DNA from: an uncultured Nitrososphaerales archaeon
Lineage (GTDB): Archaea > Thermoproteota > Nitrososphaeria > Nitrososphaerales > Nitrososphaeraceae
DNA length: 64,000 bases
Assembly (NCBI GenBank): GCA_963695855.1
Contig: CAVOHZ010000008.1
Location: 480,001-544,000 of the forward strand
Reading direction: 5' to 3'
A program made the translations under genes and the position numbers. Positions 45,417-56,503 of this stretch are shown one piece after another (the stretch's first letter is position 1; each line of letters starts with the position of its first letter). The notes under the pieces were generated by a model. That model saw only the letters and a program-made list of their open reading frames with translations. It had not been told where the DNA came from and ran no database searches.

Positions 45417-46484
45417 GTGTTATCAATTATAATATTCATAGTCTCTTTTCTTTCTGTTTTTTTAAATCCGATAATTGTCACTACCGCTTCGAATAACCTT
45501 AATAAAATGATACTTATCGGCTATTCGTTATGTCCTTTTTCTAACTTTTCTTGTGTGCATGATATTTCAACACTGATAAAAAAAAATCAAATTAATGACG
45601 AAAAGTTAATAAATGCAACTTTAGAGAAAGTTGATTCTGGCAAACTTAAAAATTGGCTATATTTTTTATCGTCTTTTCATAATCGACATACGAAAACGGA
45701 GTATATTGACCAGGCTGCATATTGGATAAAAAATGAACTCCAACAGACATGTAATGGTAAAGTCTATTTTTATAATTTCAATCAACTGGATCAAGAAAAA
45801 AATTATCAATTAAAAAACATAATTTGTGATATTTCGAGTTCGAAATCAACTGTTAAAAATGGTACTATTATAATTTCGGCACATTATGACGATAGAATGG
45901 AGGCACTAAACAATACTAAGGCTAGAGCTCCTGGTGCTGATGATAATGCTAGCGGTGTCTCTGCCCTGCTAGAAGTAGCTCGAATACTTTCTAATATTAA
46001 TTTACAAAACAACATTCAAATTGTATTTTTCTCAGGTGAAGAACAAGGACAATGGGGATCAAAAAACTATGTAAAGGCTCTCCATAACAATAATACAAAG
46101 ATTGATCTACTAGTCAACTTAGATATGGTTGGATACCCACCTCCAAGTGAACTAAATAAAGAATATGTGATAATTGAATATGACGAGTGGAACAAAGTTC
46201 CTACGAATAATATAGATTCTAAAAGAACAGCAGAGTTTATGCAACAAATAGCTTTACATTACACAAATCTTATCCCCAGATTACAAAATCTTAGTAATAG
46301 TGATTTTAATCCATTTGAAGCACTTGGATATACAGTAATAGGTTTACATGATGGAGGTGAAAAATACAACCCACATTACCATAAATCATCTGATAGTCCA
46401 GATACTCTTGATATTGAATATTTAACGGCCATTACGAAGCTGACACTAGCCACAATATTGAAACTCAATACAAACTTTAAATAA
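45417..46484 (+). CDS. Secreted M28 family metallopeptidase
   Basis: SAHYD, PGADDNASG, SGEEQG, NLDMVG, YHKSSD. Confidence 0.92.
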   Translation: MLSIIIFIVSFLSVFLNPIIVTTASNNLNKMILIGYSLCPFSNFSCVHDISTLIKKNQINDEKLINATLEKVDSGKLKNWLYFLSSFHNRHTKTEYIDQAAYWIKNELQQTCNGKVYFYNFNQLDQEKNYQLKNIICDISSSKSTVKNGTIIISAHYDDRMEALNNTKARAPGADDNASGVSALLEVARILSNINLQNNIQIVFFSGEEQGQWGSKNYVKALHNNNTKIDLLVNLDMVGYPPPSELNKEYVIIEYDEWNKVPTNNIDSKRTAEFMQQIALHYTNLIPRLQNLSNSDFNPFEALGYTVIGLHDGGEKYNPHYHKSSDSPDTLDIEYLTAITKLTLATILKLNTNFK

Positions 46485-46506
46485 TTAATCAAAACATTCG
46501 GGGATT

Positions 46507-46842
46507 CTACAACTTTATTTCATAATATGTTCTTAATTCTAGAGGTTTTTCTAGCATTGGATTAATTCTTTCTTCTAAATTATGCATATGAGGTTGTTTG
46601 AAATGTTCTTCAATAGCATTTTGGTCTTCCCAAATTTCGTCAAACATAAAAAATTCCGGATTGTCTATAGACCTGTGTGGTACATAAGCTATATTTCCAG
46701 GTTCTTTAATTGTTGGTTCTATTAATCCATATAAAATTTTCCATAATTCATCTCCTTTTCCCTTTTTTGCTTCAAGAAATGCTAGTAACCTTATTGTATT
46801 TTCTTTTCTATTTTCAAATTTCTGCAAATTAGTTGTCTCCAT
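46507..46842 (-). CDS. ABM-domain putative quinol monooxygenase
   Basis: EPGNIAY, FMFDEIW, HFKQPH. Confidence 0.85.
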   Translation of the reverse strand: METTNLQKFENRKENTIRLLAFLEAKKGKGDELWKILYGLIEPTIKEPGNIAYVPHRSIDNPEFFMFDEIWEDQNAIEEHFKQPHMHNLEERINPMLEKPLELRTYYEIKL

Positions 46843-47015
46843 ATAATAATATATTGTCTAATATACTAAATAAATAAATAACTAATATTCTTAAACACGT
46901 AATATATTCAACTCATAATTTATTCTTCTTTATCATTTCAGTTCGTTAACTATTATTGCAGTTACCAAAAGTATTTAATAGCAATAGATAGATCATTTAT
47001 ATCAATATTATTATT

Positions 47016-47765
47016 ATGAAGTGTTCTATTTGTGGAGTTGATAATGAAATTTCATTTACATGCAATTATTGTAAAGAAACATTTTGTGCGGATCATCGAC
47101 TCCCAATGAATCATACCTGTCGATTTCTTAAACAATACATCGAAAAAAGGAAACAGATGAATTATAATGAACAACAAGGTTATAATCATTCAAACTTTCT
47201 AAGAAAGATGCTGAACTTCAGATCTTCAAGAACAGAATTGTATCATTTGGGCATAGCAACTATACTAGTGCTATTAGTAGGTTTATCTCTAACGGGTTAT
47301 AGACACATATCGTACGAATTTATTCTTATTTTTATAAGTGCATTTCTCATACACGAATTGGCACATAAATTACTAGCGCAATTGTATGGAAGCTGGGCAG
47401 AATTTAGGGCTGAAATTTCTGGTTTGTTGATAACTGCACTCTCTGCGATTCCTTTTTTCCCATTCAAGTTCATTGCACCAGGCGCTGTTGTTATTGGTGA
47501 TTTAACACGAAATAAGTTTGGAAGAGTTGCATTAATAGGTCCTTTAACAAATTTGATTATGGGTTTTTCCTTTCTAATGTTATCCTATTTATTTCCATCT
47601 CATCCATATTTTAGTGTAGGAGCCAGTTTTAATGCTTGGATTTCTATTTTTAATTTAATTCCCTTTGGTGTTCTAGATGGACAAAAGATTTTTAATTGGA
47701 ATAAAATTGTCTGGATATGTGCAATAATTTCTGCGTCAATTCTCTTTATAATTTCATATGGTTAG
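47016..47765 (+). CDS. AN1 zinc finger plus site-2 protease (M50)
   Basis: CxxC/CxxC/HRLPxxH finger, HELAH, GPLTN, FNLIPFGVLDG. Confidence 0.9.
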   Translation: MKCSICGVDNEISFTCNYCKETFCADHRLPMNHTCRFLKQYIEKRKQMNYNEQQGYNHSNFLRKMLNFRSSRTELYHLGIATILVLLVGLSLTGYRHISYEFILIFISAFLIHELAHKLLAQLYGSWAEFRAEISGLLITALSAIPFFPFKFIAPGAVVIGDLTRNKFGRVALIGPLTNLIMGFSFLMLSYLFPSHPYFSVGASFNAWISIFNLIPFGVLDGQKIFNWNKIVWICAIISASILFIISYG

Positions 47766-48092
47766 CATCGAGATTTATTTTCTGTTAATTATACAGTAAA
47801 TTTTAGGGTTTAATTTATCTTATTAGATCTGCTGTTTTTGGTTATTGCATTTTTAGATTTTATTCTTTCATCTTAATATGAAATTGTTCTAAAAGTGTAT
47901 TTCTCTTAGTATAGTGTTTTGAGAACTTGTTTCATCCAAGCTTGTAATACCAAGAAGGAGAAATTTAATCATCTATTCTGCAGAATCCATCTTCTTTTGA
48001 TAGATAATCGATTTGCATGGCTCTATTAATATAGTCTTTTATACCTTATGATTTACCAAAAATAATATTAACATGTTTGAATAAATCAAGAA

Positions 48093-48440
48093 ATGTTGAT
48101 CAAGGCTTTTCCAATCTCTTACGATAGAAAAAGAGCTGAATCTGCTTTCAAACTATTATTGCGTCATAGAGAAAGTGAGCTAAAGCAAATTGCAGGAGAT
48201 ATAGGCTATCCTACTTCAGGAAATCATTGGCAGGAGAAGATTTTATTATTCTGTCTTGATATAGACAAATGTTTTCTTGACTTATCAAAAGAAGACGTTG
48301 GAGATGATGAAGTATTTAAATGTAGGAATCTGATGAGAGTGATGGCCAAAAATAAAACAAATATAGAAATTCAAAAAGTTCAGAATCTTGCATACACTAT
48401 TTCAGCAGATTTCAAGTCGTTTTATGAAAAACAATCCTAG
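48093..48440 (+). CDS. Hypothetical protein
   Basis: 115-aa ORF with normal composition. Confidence 0.65.
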   Translation: MLIKAFPISYDRKRAESAFKLLLRHRESELKQIAGDIGYPTSGNHWQEKILLFCLDIDKCFLDLSKEDVGDDEVFKCRNLMRVMAKNKTNIEIQKVQNLAYTISADFKSFYEKQS

Positions 48441-48521
48441 ACATTTTATTTCTAGTTTTAATAAAAGGAAATTTTTTTACGAAGAAAAAAGTTTATGGCA
48501 TTAAAATACCGTTCATTTTTC

Positions 48522-48662
48522 CTAATTGTCAAGTACTGGAATCAATTCGGTAGAACATTTCGAACATCTGAAGTATTCAGATCTCGTTTCATCGGTCTCT
48601 ACAACTACATATTCATCGCATTTCGTACAATACATGATTGCCTGCGTAGTTTTAAAGTCCAT
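48522..48662 (-). CDS. 46-aa zinc-finger microprotein (below the ORF-track cutoff)
   Basis: MDFKTTQAIMYCTKCDEYVVVETDETRSEYFRCSKCSTELIPVLDN*, two CxxC pairs. Confidence 0.65.
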   Translation of the reverse strand: MDFKTTQAIMYCTKCDEYVVVETDETRSEYFRCSKCSTELIPVLDN

Positions 48663-49479
48663 ATATACAATACTCATTAGTTTCTTTTAAATTTGTCTAT
48701 AAATATTTACAAAATATACTGAGAAGGTCATAAAAAAAAGAAAGTTTAAAAGATGAACATAAAAAAGATTTCCTCCCCACAATTTTCTCCAGAAAACTTG
48801 AAAATATAAAATATAGATCTATGTCTCCTATTTGTGAACAATAACTTTACTACTTTTAATGAGGATGGTGAGAATTAATAAATATAAAATAAATATTTTT
48901 GTTCTGAACTATGCTGTTTTGATATTTTCTGACATTTTTTTATTAGAACATGTATAGCATATAAAATGAACAAGAAAAGTTCATCATACAATGGAGATTT
49001 TTTCATCAATTGTCGATTATGCAACATATTTACTTATCATTTGGAAATATGAAAACGTAAAGATTGTAATCAGATTATTTATAATGTAAATGAAATGACA
49101 CAATCTAAAGTTAAAAATGAAATATGATGTGAAGGATGCTCCAACAACTCTAATAGATGGAATATAAAGGTAGTTGGTATACAATTGATTTTTCCATGGA
49201 TATGTGGAGATGATCTTTATATGCAATTAAAAGATAAGCATTACAGTCATCATAGTCATAGTTATATCCAACTCCATAATTAATGTAGTTCTTAATAGAG
49301 AATTTCGTGCAGATGGTTATAATAATTGCTGACATTAATTAAATAAAGATATAAACATTAGAATATCCTATAATTTATGAAACAGAATTTGAGTTTCAAA
49401 TTTCAACTATTAACCCTCTCGGGAATATTTCTTTTGGGATTGGTAAATAAATTGACTTATTACTAAAAAAAGTAAGGAA

Positions 49480-50139
49480 TTATTCTGGACCTCCTAAGCC
49501 ATCATTGTTAGGATCGTCATCATTCAAGTTGAAGACTTCATTATTGCCCGTTAAATCACCTGGTAATTGTTGAGCATTATTATCGTCATAATAATTAGCT
49601 ATGCTTCCTAATGATCTCTGAACGTTTATGTCTACTACGTCTCCTGGATTAAATTCTACTAGACCTTGACTGCCATAGTTTACCAAGTCAATATCTGTGA
49701 TTCTTGGTGACCCGCCATTAAGAGGATCCGGAATATGTGAATGCCATACACAACTGCGAGGGTTATCACTCGTGGCAGGTGTAGAAGCGTCGTCTATGAC
49801 ATATAACGGAACAAAGTCAACGTGTGTATTTGGATTATGTTCATCGATATGTCCTGCAATTACTGAAACAAATGGTTCTCCAGCATCATTACATGGTCCT
49901 CTGAATAAAAAGTGTCCTGAAACAAAGTTTGGGCTTGAATCATATACGGGAAGAACACCCCCAGGCGGTAGTCTTACACCATTTAAATTTACATGGGTAT
50001 TGTCTGGAATACTATCCCCTTGGACTCCTGCTTCGAAACTATGACTGGCGAATACATCTAATGGCGTCGAGGATAATGATCCTAGACTTAGAAATGTTGC
50101 CATAATAACTACTAATATTTTAGTTTTTTGTATAAACAT
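49480..50139 (-). CDS. Secreted His/Cys-containing protein (paralog of 59804-60379)
   Basis: Start reassigned to ATG 50139 by promoter spacing. Signal peptide ends VFA-SH. Motifs YDSSP, SGH, PC, CVWH, ITDI. Confidence 0.8.
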   Translation of the reverse strand: MFIQKTKILVVIMATFLSLGSLSSTPLDVFASHSFEAGVQGDSIPDNTHVNLNGVRLPPGGVLPVYDSSPNFVSGHFLFRGPCNDAGEPFVSVIAGHIDEHNPNTHVDFVPLYVIDDASTPATSDNPRSCVWHSHIPDPLNGGSPRITDIDLVNYGSQGLVEFNPGDVVDINVQRSLGSIANYYDDNNAQQLPGDLTGNNEVFNLNDDDPNNDGLGGPE

Positions 50140-50173
50140 TGATTTCAAAATGTCAATACAGTATAAAAAATAT

Positions 50174-50371
50174 TTGGTACATTCGTCGAATAATGTGAAG
50201 TTTTTCATTATAGTATTTTGTAATGAATTTTGTTATAAAATAATATCTATAATAATTATATTTCCATATTATTGAGATACATATAGTATAATTATGTTAT
50301 AAAATAATATCTATAATAATTATATTTCCATATTATTGATTTATATTAGATTTATTCGACGAATGTACCAA
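50174..50371. promoter_or_regulatory. Mirror-image divergent promoter: 20-bp perfect inverted repeat around a 45-bp direct repeat
   Basis: ttggtacattcgtcgaataa (50174-50193) / ttattcgacgaatgtaccaa (50352-50371). The 45-mer is repeated at 50231-50275 and 50295-50339. Confidence 0.85.
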
Positions 50372-50405
50372 TGTATTTTTATTTCTGTATTGAATTGTTT
50401 TTTCT

Positions 50406-51197
50406 ATGAAGAAAATATTTATATCTTCAGTGAATATATTGGTAATACTTGCAGGGATAGCCATAATCTCCCCAAGTTCTTTTTCCATAAATGAAGCCTT
50501 AGCAAAACCACATGCAAGTCTTACATTAGAGTCCACACAAGATGACGTAAATCTTATTAGAGTAGTGTTGGGTCATACTAACGAGCCATCATTTGGCAAG
50601 TTACCTGGTCTACATGATGGAAAACATTTTCTCGAAGTTGAGGTATCTGACAGTGCAACTACTCTCCCAATTAGTACTGCTACACTCTTTGCAGATAAAT
50701 ACTATTTTAAAGATATAAAGAGTTTTGAAAACGCGCAAAGTCTACAGGATGCAGATGATATTGAATTAAATGTACCAATTAGCTCTGTATTTGGTTCCCC
50801 TGGACTTTTTTATAATAGACAAGTTCAGGATCCGGGAATATATGGATACACTCTAAGAGGTTCTATTGATTATTATGGGGTTGGTAGAGTGAATATACCT
50901 AATGACCCAGAACCAACCATATTTTGTAATATAGAAGGTAAGGACACATCCAAATTTAATAAAGGGGCTTGGTCTGGAAGCTTCGGTTGTACACAGAATC
51001 TGAAAAGTATCTTCTTCCCAGAAGCTGCAAAATATTCTGATCAATATCCTCCTAAATACCCTAAATCTGACTACCCTGAACCTGAATATCCTAAACCTGG
51101 TGAATACGGTGATTACAAAGGGGGATATAATTACGGATCTGGATACGGTAACGAAAACGAATATCAAACGTATAACAGTGGATATAGAACTGAATAA
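50406..51197 (+). CDS. Secreted protein with Tyr/Pro-rich tail (distantly like 55835-56503)
   Basis: Signal peptide ends ALA-KPH. VVLGHTNEP, GIYGYTLRG, YPPKYPK repeats. Confidence 0.82.
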   Translation: MKKIFISSVNILVILAGIAIISPSSFSINEALAKPHASLTLESTQDDVNLIRVVLGHTNEPSFGKLPGLHDGKHFLEVEVSDSATTLPISTATLFADKYYFKDIKSFENAQSLQDADDIELNVPISSVFGSPGLFYNRQVQDPGIYGYTLRGSIDYYGVGRVNIPNDPEPTIFCNIEGKDTSKFNKGAWSGSFGCTQNLKSIFFPEAAKYSDQYPPKYPKSDYPEPEYPKPGEYGDYKGGYNYGSGYGNENEYQTYNSGYRTE

Positions 51198-51530
51198 ACA
51201 ACAATCTTCTTTAATTTTTCTATTTTTTTTGATGGGCAATCAATCAAAGATTAATAGTTTTTTAGCCCCAGTTGCGAAGTAAATGTTTAGATTTGGTTAT
51301 TTTATTTCCTATGTGAAGTAATAATTAGATTTGAAAAAATAGAACATCCACGAATATAGACTGCAAGAGGTCACTTAATATAAGCTAAGCGGTATGTATC
51401 TTAATAAATCTGTTTTAAAATTTCTGTATATTGAATTATTAAGTTAATGCAGAGCTATATCAAATGTGAAAATATAGTAAAATAATTGAATCTTATTGAA
51501 AAATAAAGAAACGGTAGTATGAATAAACAG

Positions 51531-51546
51531 TTCGAATGATGTACCA
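51531..51546 (+). promoter_or_regulatory. Island operator-like motif upstream of BRE/TATA
   Basis: ttcgaatgatgtacca, 13/16 to the 50355 copy, 36 nt before ATG 51583. Confidence 0.65.
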
Positions 51547-51582
51547 TAAAGTATTATATTCAGCATTAAGAATATACTTTGG

Positions 51583-52537
51583 ATGTATATGAAACCAATA
51601 TCTCTTATTTTGCTTGTTTCGATCAGTGTAGTGATTTCTTTAATGATATTTTCTGGTTCAAAAAATATTGCTTACGCTCATACTTTTTCTGGAGACGAGA
51701 GTGCCTCATTTTTGACAATGGTCGAAGAAATCAGTACTGGATCACAACTTATAGAAAAGTTGCTGCCAAATAATTCAACATTAGCACAAGAAATTGCAGT
51801 ACATATTTCCCATCTTGTCCCTCCTGAAACTTTCCAAGAGATTTCTGAGAAAAATAAGTTAGTATCCAATTCACTTAACGAGTCATTATCTGATCTTGAA
51901 AATTCATTTAATTTTAGCCAACAAGGTAGTACCCTCTGATATAAAAGACAAGCTAAACAATCTTGACGATATTTTAGGGGAGGTAGTAAGTGTAAGAATT
52001 CAGAACGAACAATTAGCAAATAATACTGTGAAGGCGCTTGTACTTAATGATTTAGTAGGAAAAGGTCTTGAAAGTTATGGCGAAGCGTTAGGTATTAAAG
52101 AAGAGGAACATTCTGAGGAACACGAAGCTGAACATGCAGAAGAAAAAGCTGGACAAAAAACAGACGATCACGGCCAAGTGAGCATCTCTTCATTTTCAAA
52201 CTCTATTGTCAATATTGCATTAACAGATTCACCGAAAAGTGAAGATGCATCTAATAAAAATATAAGCAATGCTGAGATAGTAGACCAGGTTGAATATCAA
52301 ATTGCACAGTCATTATTTAAAAAATCCATTGAAAAATTTAATGAACTAAAACCATCTATTAGCTCTAATATGTCGGACTTGTCCAGTAGCTTGGAATCAT
52401 CACTGGTTAAACTAAATAATGCAGTAGATAATAAAGAACCATTTGATACAATAGATGGCATTGTAGATGATGAAGTAACACCACAATTACAGTCTATTTT
52501 TAAGATAAAACTAGCAGAAGAAGAAGAAGAAAAATAA
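51583..52537 (+). pseudogene. Secreted His-1 helical protein split by one frameshift near 51900-51935
   Basis: AYA-HTFSGDE start. Overlapping ORFs 51583-51939 and 51896-52537 read as one protein with an EEHSEEHEAEH insert. Confidence 0.7.
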
Positions 52538-52555
52538 TTTTCTATAACAAATATT

Positions 52556-55500
52556 TTGATAATACAATATCTTAAATTATCATCGATTGCCTTCGTAATC
52601 CTTTATTGTTTTCTTAGTTTAAACGCCATACATTATTTTAAGGATGCATATGCACATCCTATAATTATAGATTCTTCTCCAAAACAATTTCAATCTTTAG
52701 AGGAATCACCAGATAAAGTGATTCTTTTTTTCAGCGAAGCAATAGAATTACAATATAGTCAAATATCTGTAATTGACTCTGAAGGAAATCGAGTAGATGA
52801 TGGCAAAGCGGAATTCTATAAGGGTGATACCTCTACAATTTCTACTAATATTAAGAAAGATCTTCCTGAAGGTACATACACTGCTAATACAAAAGTCTTA
52901 TCTGCTGTCGATGGTCATGTAGTTGATGGCTCGATAGTTTTTAGTGTAGGAGAAGGTCTTACCGGTATAGGTGAAGAAACAATCAAGCCCAAGGGTATAT
53001 TTGAACTTATCTCTCTTGATGATTCATTAAGCAGGGTACCAGGATATGTGGGTCAGATCATGATTATAGGTGCACCATTGATATTTTTATGGATACAAAA
53101 ACCTCTATCACAATTTAATCATATTAGGACACAAATGAATAAAGTTTTTGTTGGCGTAAGAAAAAACTTGATGAAATTAATCATAATTTCTGATTTACTT
53201 GTTATATCTTCAGTTTTTATTATGGCATTACTTCAAGCCTCATCTATAGGTGGAAATATAATAGATGTGTTTAGTACTGAATTTGGACAAATATTAGTAA
53301 TCAGATTGACCATTTCTATTATACTTCTAATTGTAACTCTCATATTTTACAATAAATACAAAAGATCATACGATATCTTAAATACCAAAGCACTATTACT
53401 GATAATAATATTAGGCTTAGCAATACTGTTTACTAACAGTTTAATTTCTCATTCTGCAGCTCTGAAAAATAGTTTGCCAATTTTCTTGGATTATTTTCAC
53501 GGAATAGCAGCATCTATATGGATAGGAGGTTTAGTATTTCTTGCTTTTATTTTAATACCAAAAATACTACAAGTAAAAGAAAACGAACTGAAATTTAGAA
53601 TTATTTCTATAGTAGTACCTAGATTTTCTATTATAGTTTTACCTATTTTGGGCAGTATAATTTTTACTGGCCCTACCTTATTATGGTTTATAGAAAATAA
53701 TCTTTTTACAACATTTTCTTCATTGTATGGTAAAATACTAATTTTAAAATTAAGTTTAGCAGTCGTAATGATAATATTTGGTGGATATCATGAATTTATT
53801 ACCAGCAGCAAAGTTAGAAACATATTGATAAAAAAAATTGGAGGCGAGGAGGAATTAATGACTACTGTTAGTTTATCCTCTAGTCTAAGAAGATTTTACA
53901 TACTATTAAGAATTGAATCATTGGTAGGGATTGCCTTATTATTTGTAGTATCTTTAATGACTAATATGGTATTACCATCAGGACAATTTCAAAGTTCAGG
54001 TAATAATTTCGCTACTTCTCAAGAAACAAATCTTATCGGCAATCAAGTCAACTCAATTTCTGCAAATAATGAATATTTAACAGACATCTATTCAAACAAT
54101 CAAAAGATTCAAGTAAAATTAGAGCCAGCATCCCTAGGTGAAAACACAATAACAGTATCATTCATAGATTTAAGCAGTGGTCAAAATGATGTTGATATTC
54201 AAAATACCACATTAAAACTCAACCAGATAGAAAAAAAAATTGGTCCAATCCAATTGGAAATGAAACACATCTCAAATGGGGTATTTTCAACTACATTACC
54301 TATCAGTACTTTAGGTGTGTGGAGTTTTGAAATTCAAGGAAAGACTTTGAAGCCAAATACTCCTAACACTATTGGAACTTTCAATCTAGACATAAAGCCT
54401 TCCCTGTCAGATCTAGAAATAAATCTGACGGAATATCCAACGCCCGATAAAAGCTTATTATTATACCCTATCTATCATCAAGCAACTAATTCTATCTGGG
54501 CAGGAGATACTTCTCCTGGAAGCGGAAGAGTCCTAGAATTTAGCATTAGTGATAAAACCTATAAGATCCATAAGATAGAGGGTACAAACCTTATTACCTT
54601 CTCTGTATTTGATCCGATAGAAAGTAACATATTATGGTATGTTGATCCAACTAAAGATATAATAGGACGATATGATGTGACAACAAACAATACTGATGAA
54701 CAGCACGAATTACCAGATATAGGAATTATTTCTGGATTGGCTATAGACGGTGAACAAAATTTATGGCTAAGTACTATGCAAGACAATTCTATTACAGAAT
54801 TTGATTCCAAGACGAAAAAGTTTACTAAGTATGAAGTACCTACTGAAAATTCAAAACCAACAGGTCTGATATTTGATAAAAAAAATAATTATATATGGTT
54901 CGCCGAGGCATTAGGAAAACTAGCAAAAATTGATGTAAAGACAGGCTATATTACTGAATATCCTAAGAATACAACTTTAATTTCAGAAGATTTTTCACTT
55001 TCTGAACCTACCGCATTGCTACTGGATCCAAAGACCTCCAATATTTACATAAGTGACCATGAAGATAACTCTATAGTACTTTTCAATCCTATTATTGAAT
55101 CATTTAAAAGATATCCGTTGCCGCATAACGATGGACTTGCCTTTGGAATGGTTTTTGATATTTATGGAAATATTTGGGTTGCAGAACATGTGTCTGACGT
55201 TTTAGCTATACTTGATCCTGATTCAGGAAAAACTACAAATATAAAAATACCAAAAGAAGGATCCTTTGTACAACACCTTACAACTGATTCACAGGGCGAT
55301 ATATGGTTTGCAGAACAAAGGGGAGGAGGTTTGGGTAAGGCTACAATTAAATTTATTCCATCAAATATTCAACCATCAAGGACCGAGTATCCTCCTACAA
55401 GCAACAATACAACAAACCAAAGTGATAACAATATATTACCAATAAATATTAAAAAATTAGAGTTTTATAAAATAATTGGACCATTAATGATAGTGGTGGT

Positions 55501-55615
55501 CATTGCCTCTACTTTGCTATATATAAATAGCTATGAGAAATTATATTCAAACTTGAATAATCTAGGATTATTTCAAATCAAATCTAAGGACCAAACTAAA
55601 AACAAGAAAAGGTAA
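52556..55615 (+). CDS. CopC-CopD-(YtkA-like)-beta-propeller fusion, putative copper uptake protein
   Basis: AYA-HPIIIDSSP...VLSAVDGHV (CopC). SHSAA, HGIAASIWIGGL, PRFS, YGKILILK (CopD). Vgb-like repeats (IWFAE, IWVAE) and a C-terminal TM. Confidence 0.88.
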   Translation: MIIQYLKLSSIAFVILYCFLSLNAIHYFKDAYAHPIIIDSSPKQFQSLEESPDKVILFFSEAIELQYSQISVIDSEGNRVDDGKAEFYKGDTSTISTNIKKDLPEGTYTANTKVLSAVDGHVVDGSIVFSVGEGLTGIGEETIKPKGIFELISLDDSLSRVPGYVGQIMIIGAPLIFLWIQKPLSQFNHIRTQMNKVFVGVRKNLMKLIIISDLLVISSVFIMALLQASSIGGNIIDVFSTEFGQILVIRLTISIILLIVTLIFYNKYKRSYDILNTKALLLIIILGLAILFTNSLISHSAALKNSLPIFLDYFHGIAASIWIGGLVFLAFILIPKILQVKENELKFRIISIVVPRFSIIVLPILGSIIFTGPTLLWFIENNLFTTFSSLYGKILILKLSLAVVMIIFGGYHEFITSSKVRNILIKKIGGEEELMTTVSLSSSLRRFYILLRIESLVGIALLFVVSLMTNMVLPSGQFQSSGNNFATSQETNLIGNQVNSISANNEYLTDIYSNNQKIQVKLEPASLGENTITVSFIDLSSGQNDVDIQNTTLKLNQIEKKIGPIQLEMKHISNGVFSTTLPISTLGVWSFEIQGKTLKPNTPNTIGTFNLDIKPSLSDLEINLTEYPTPDKSLLLYPIYHQATNSIWAGDTSPGSGRVLEFSISDKTYKIHKIEGTNLITFSVFDPIESNILWYVDPTKDIIGRYDVTTNNTDEQHELPDIGIISGLAIDGEQNLWLSTMQDNSITEFDSKTKKFTKYEVPTENSKPTGLIFDKKNNYIWFAEALGKLAKIDVKTGYITEYPKNTTLISEDFSLSEPTALLLDPKTSNIYISDHEDNSIVLFNPIIESFKRYPLPHNDGLAFGMVFDIYGNIWVAEHVSDVLAILDPDSGKTTNIKIPKEGSFVQHLTTDSQGDIWFAEQRGGGLGKATIKFIPSNIQPSRTEYPPTSNNTTNQSDNNILPINIKKLEFYKIIGPLMIVVVIASTLLYINSYEKLYSNLNNLGLFQIKSKDQTKNKKR

Positions 55616-55834
55616 AAAATATACAGTTAGATCCAAGTATTGATCAATCATTATTATGACGTCGTTATAGTAGTAGTGGATGTATCAGGTAAATAATTTT
55701 ATCAAAAACATACCAGACTAATAAGATTAAACTATAAGAGAATAATATTTAAATTAAATTAGCATTAATATTAATAATTAATTTTATTAGATAATAAATG
55801 TAAGATTATAACAGGGATCTAATAGAATATCTAT

Positions 55835-56503
55835 ATGAAATTTCCTTTAGTTATTTTGACAATACTGGTATTTGGTATATTATTCAACCTTCAAACTAGT
55901 TTTGCACATACGGATGTTCATGTTGGCAATATAACTATAACTGCAGGTTGGGATGTTGAGCCACCATTACTCAACAACTTGGACAGTTTATTATTAATGT
56001 TTCATGATAATGATATTCCAGTAAGAAATGCTATGAAAGACTTAACTGTTAATGTACATTTTGGAGGAGTTACAAAAGAGGTTAATTTCTTACCTTCACA
56101 GGAAGCTGTAGGAACATATTTGTCACAAATAATTCCCACACAATTGGGTATTTATGAACTATCTATAGAAGGAAAAATAAAGGACCAGAATATTAAAACT
56201 AAAATTAACGTAGAGGATGTAGAAGATACAGGAAAATTGTCTTTCCCACCAGTAGAAAGTGCTGATATATCTCAAAATATAGGCAGTCAAATTAAACCTA
56301 TAATTACCGACATAAACAGACAGGTAGAAGCAAATAAAAATTCTAACAATGAGACTCGTCAATTGATTGGAGAATTGACAAATACAGTTAATGAAATGAA
56401 GATTGATTTAAATAAAATAGGATTGTTCTCCTTTGTTGGGGTTGCGATAGGATCAGCTGCTATTATATTATCATCTTGGAAAAAATTGAGAAGAAATAAT
56501 TGA
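55835..56503 (+). CDS. Secreted His-1 protein with C-terminal TM anchor
   Basis: SFA-HTDVHVG, AGWDVEPP, IIPTQLGIY, coiled coil, TM. Confidence 0.85.
   Translation: MKFPLVILTILVFGILFNLQTSFAHTDVHVGNITITAGWDVEPPLLNNLDSLLLMFHDNDIPVRNAMKDLTVNVHFGGVTKEVNFLPSQEAVGTYLSQIIPTQLGIYELSIEGKIKDQNIKTKINVEDVEDTGKLSFPPVESADISQNIGSQIKPIITDINRQVEANKNSNNETRQLIGELTNTVNEMKIDLNKIGLFSFVGVAIGSAAIILSSWKKLRRNN

Noticed and set aside
49017-49335. Overlapping short hydrophobic ORFs, possible membrane-protein pseudogene
   Set aside because: Too fragmented to assign.
50140-50208. ORF-track start at 50208
   Set aside because: The extension overlaps the operator/TATA region. ATG 50139 gives a signal peptide and matching 35-nt spacing.
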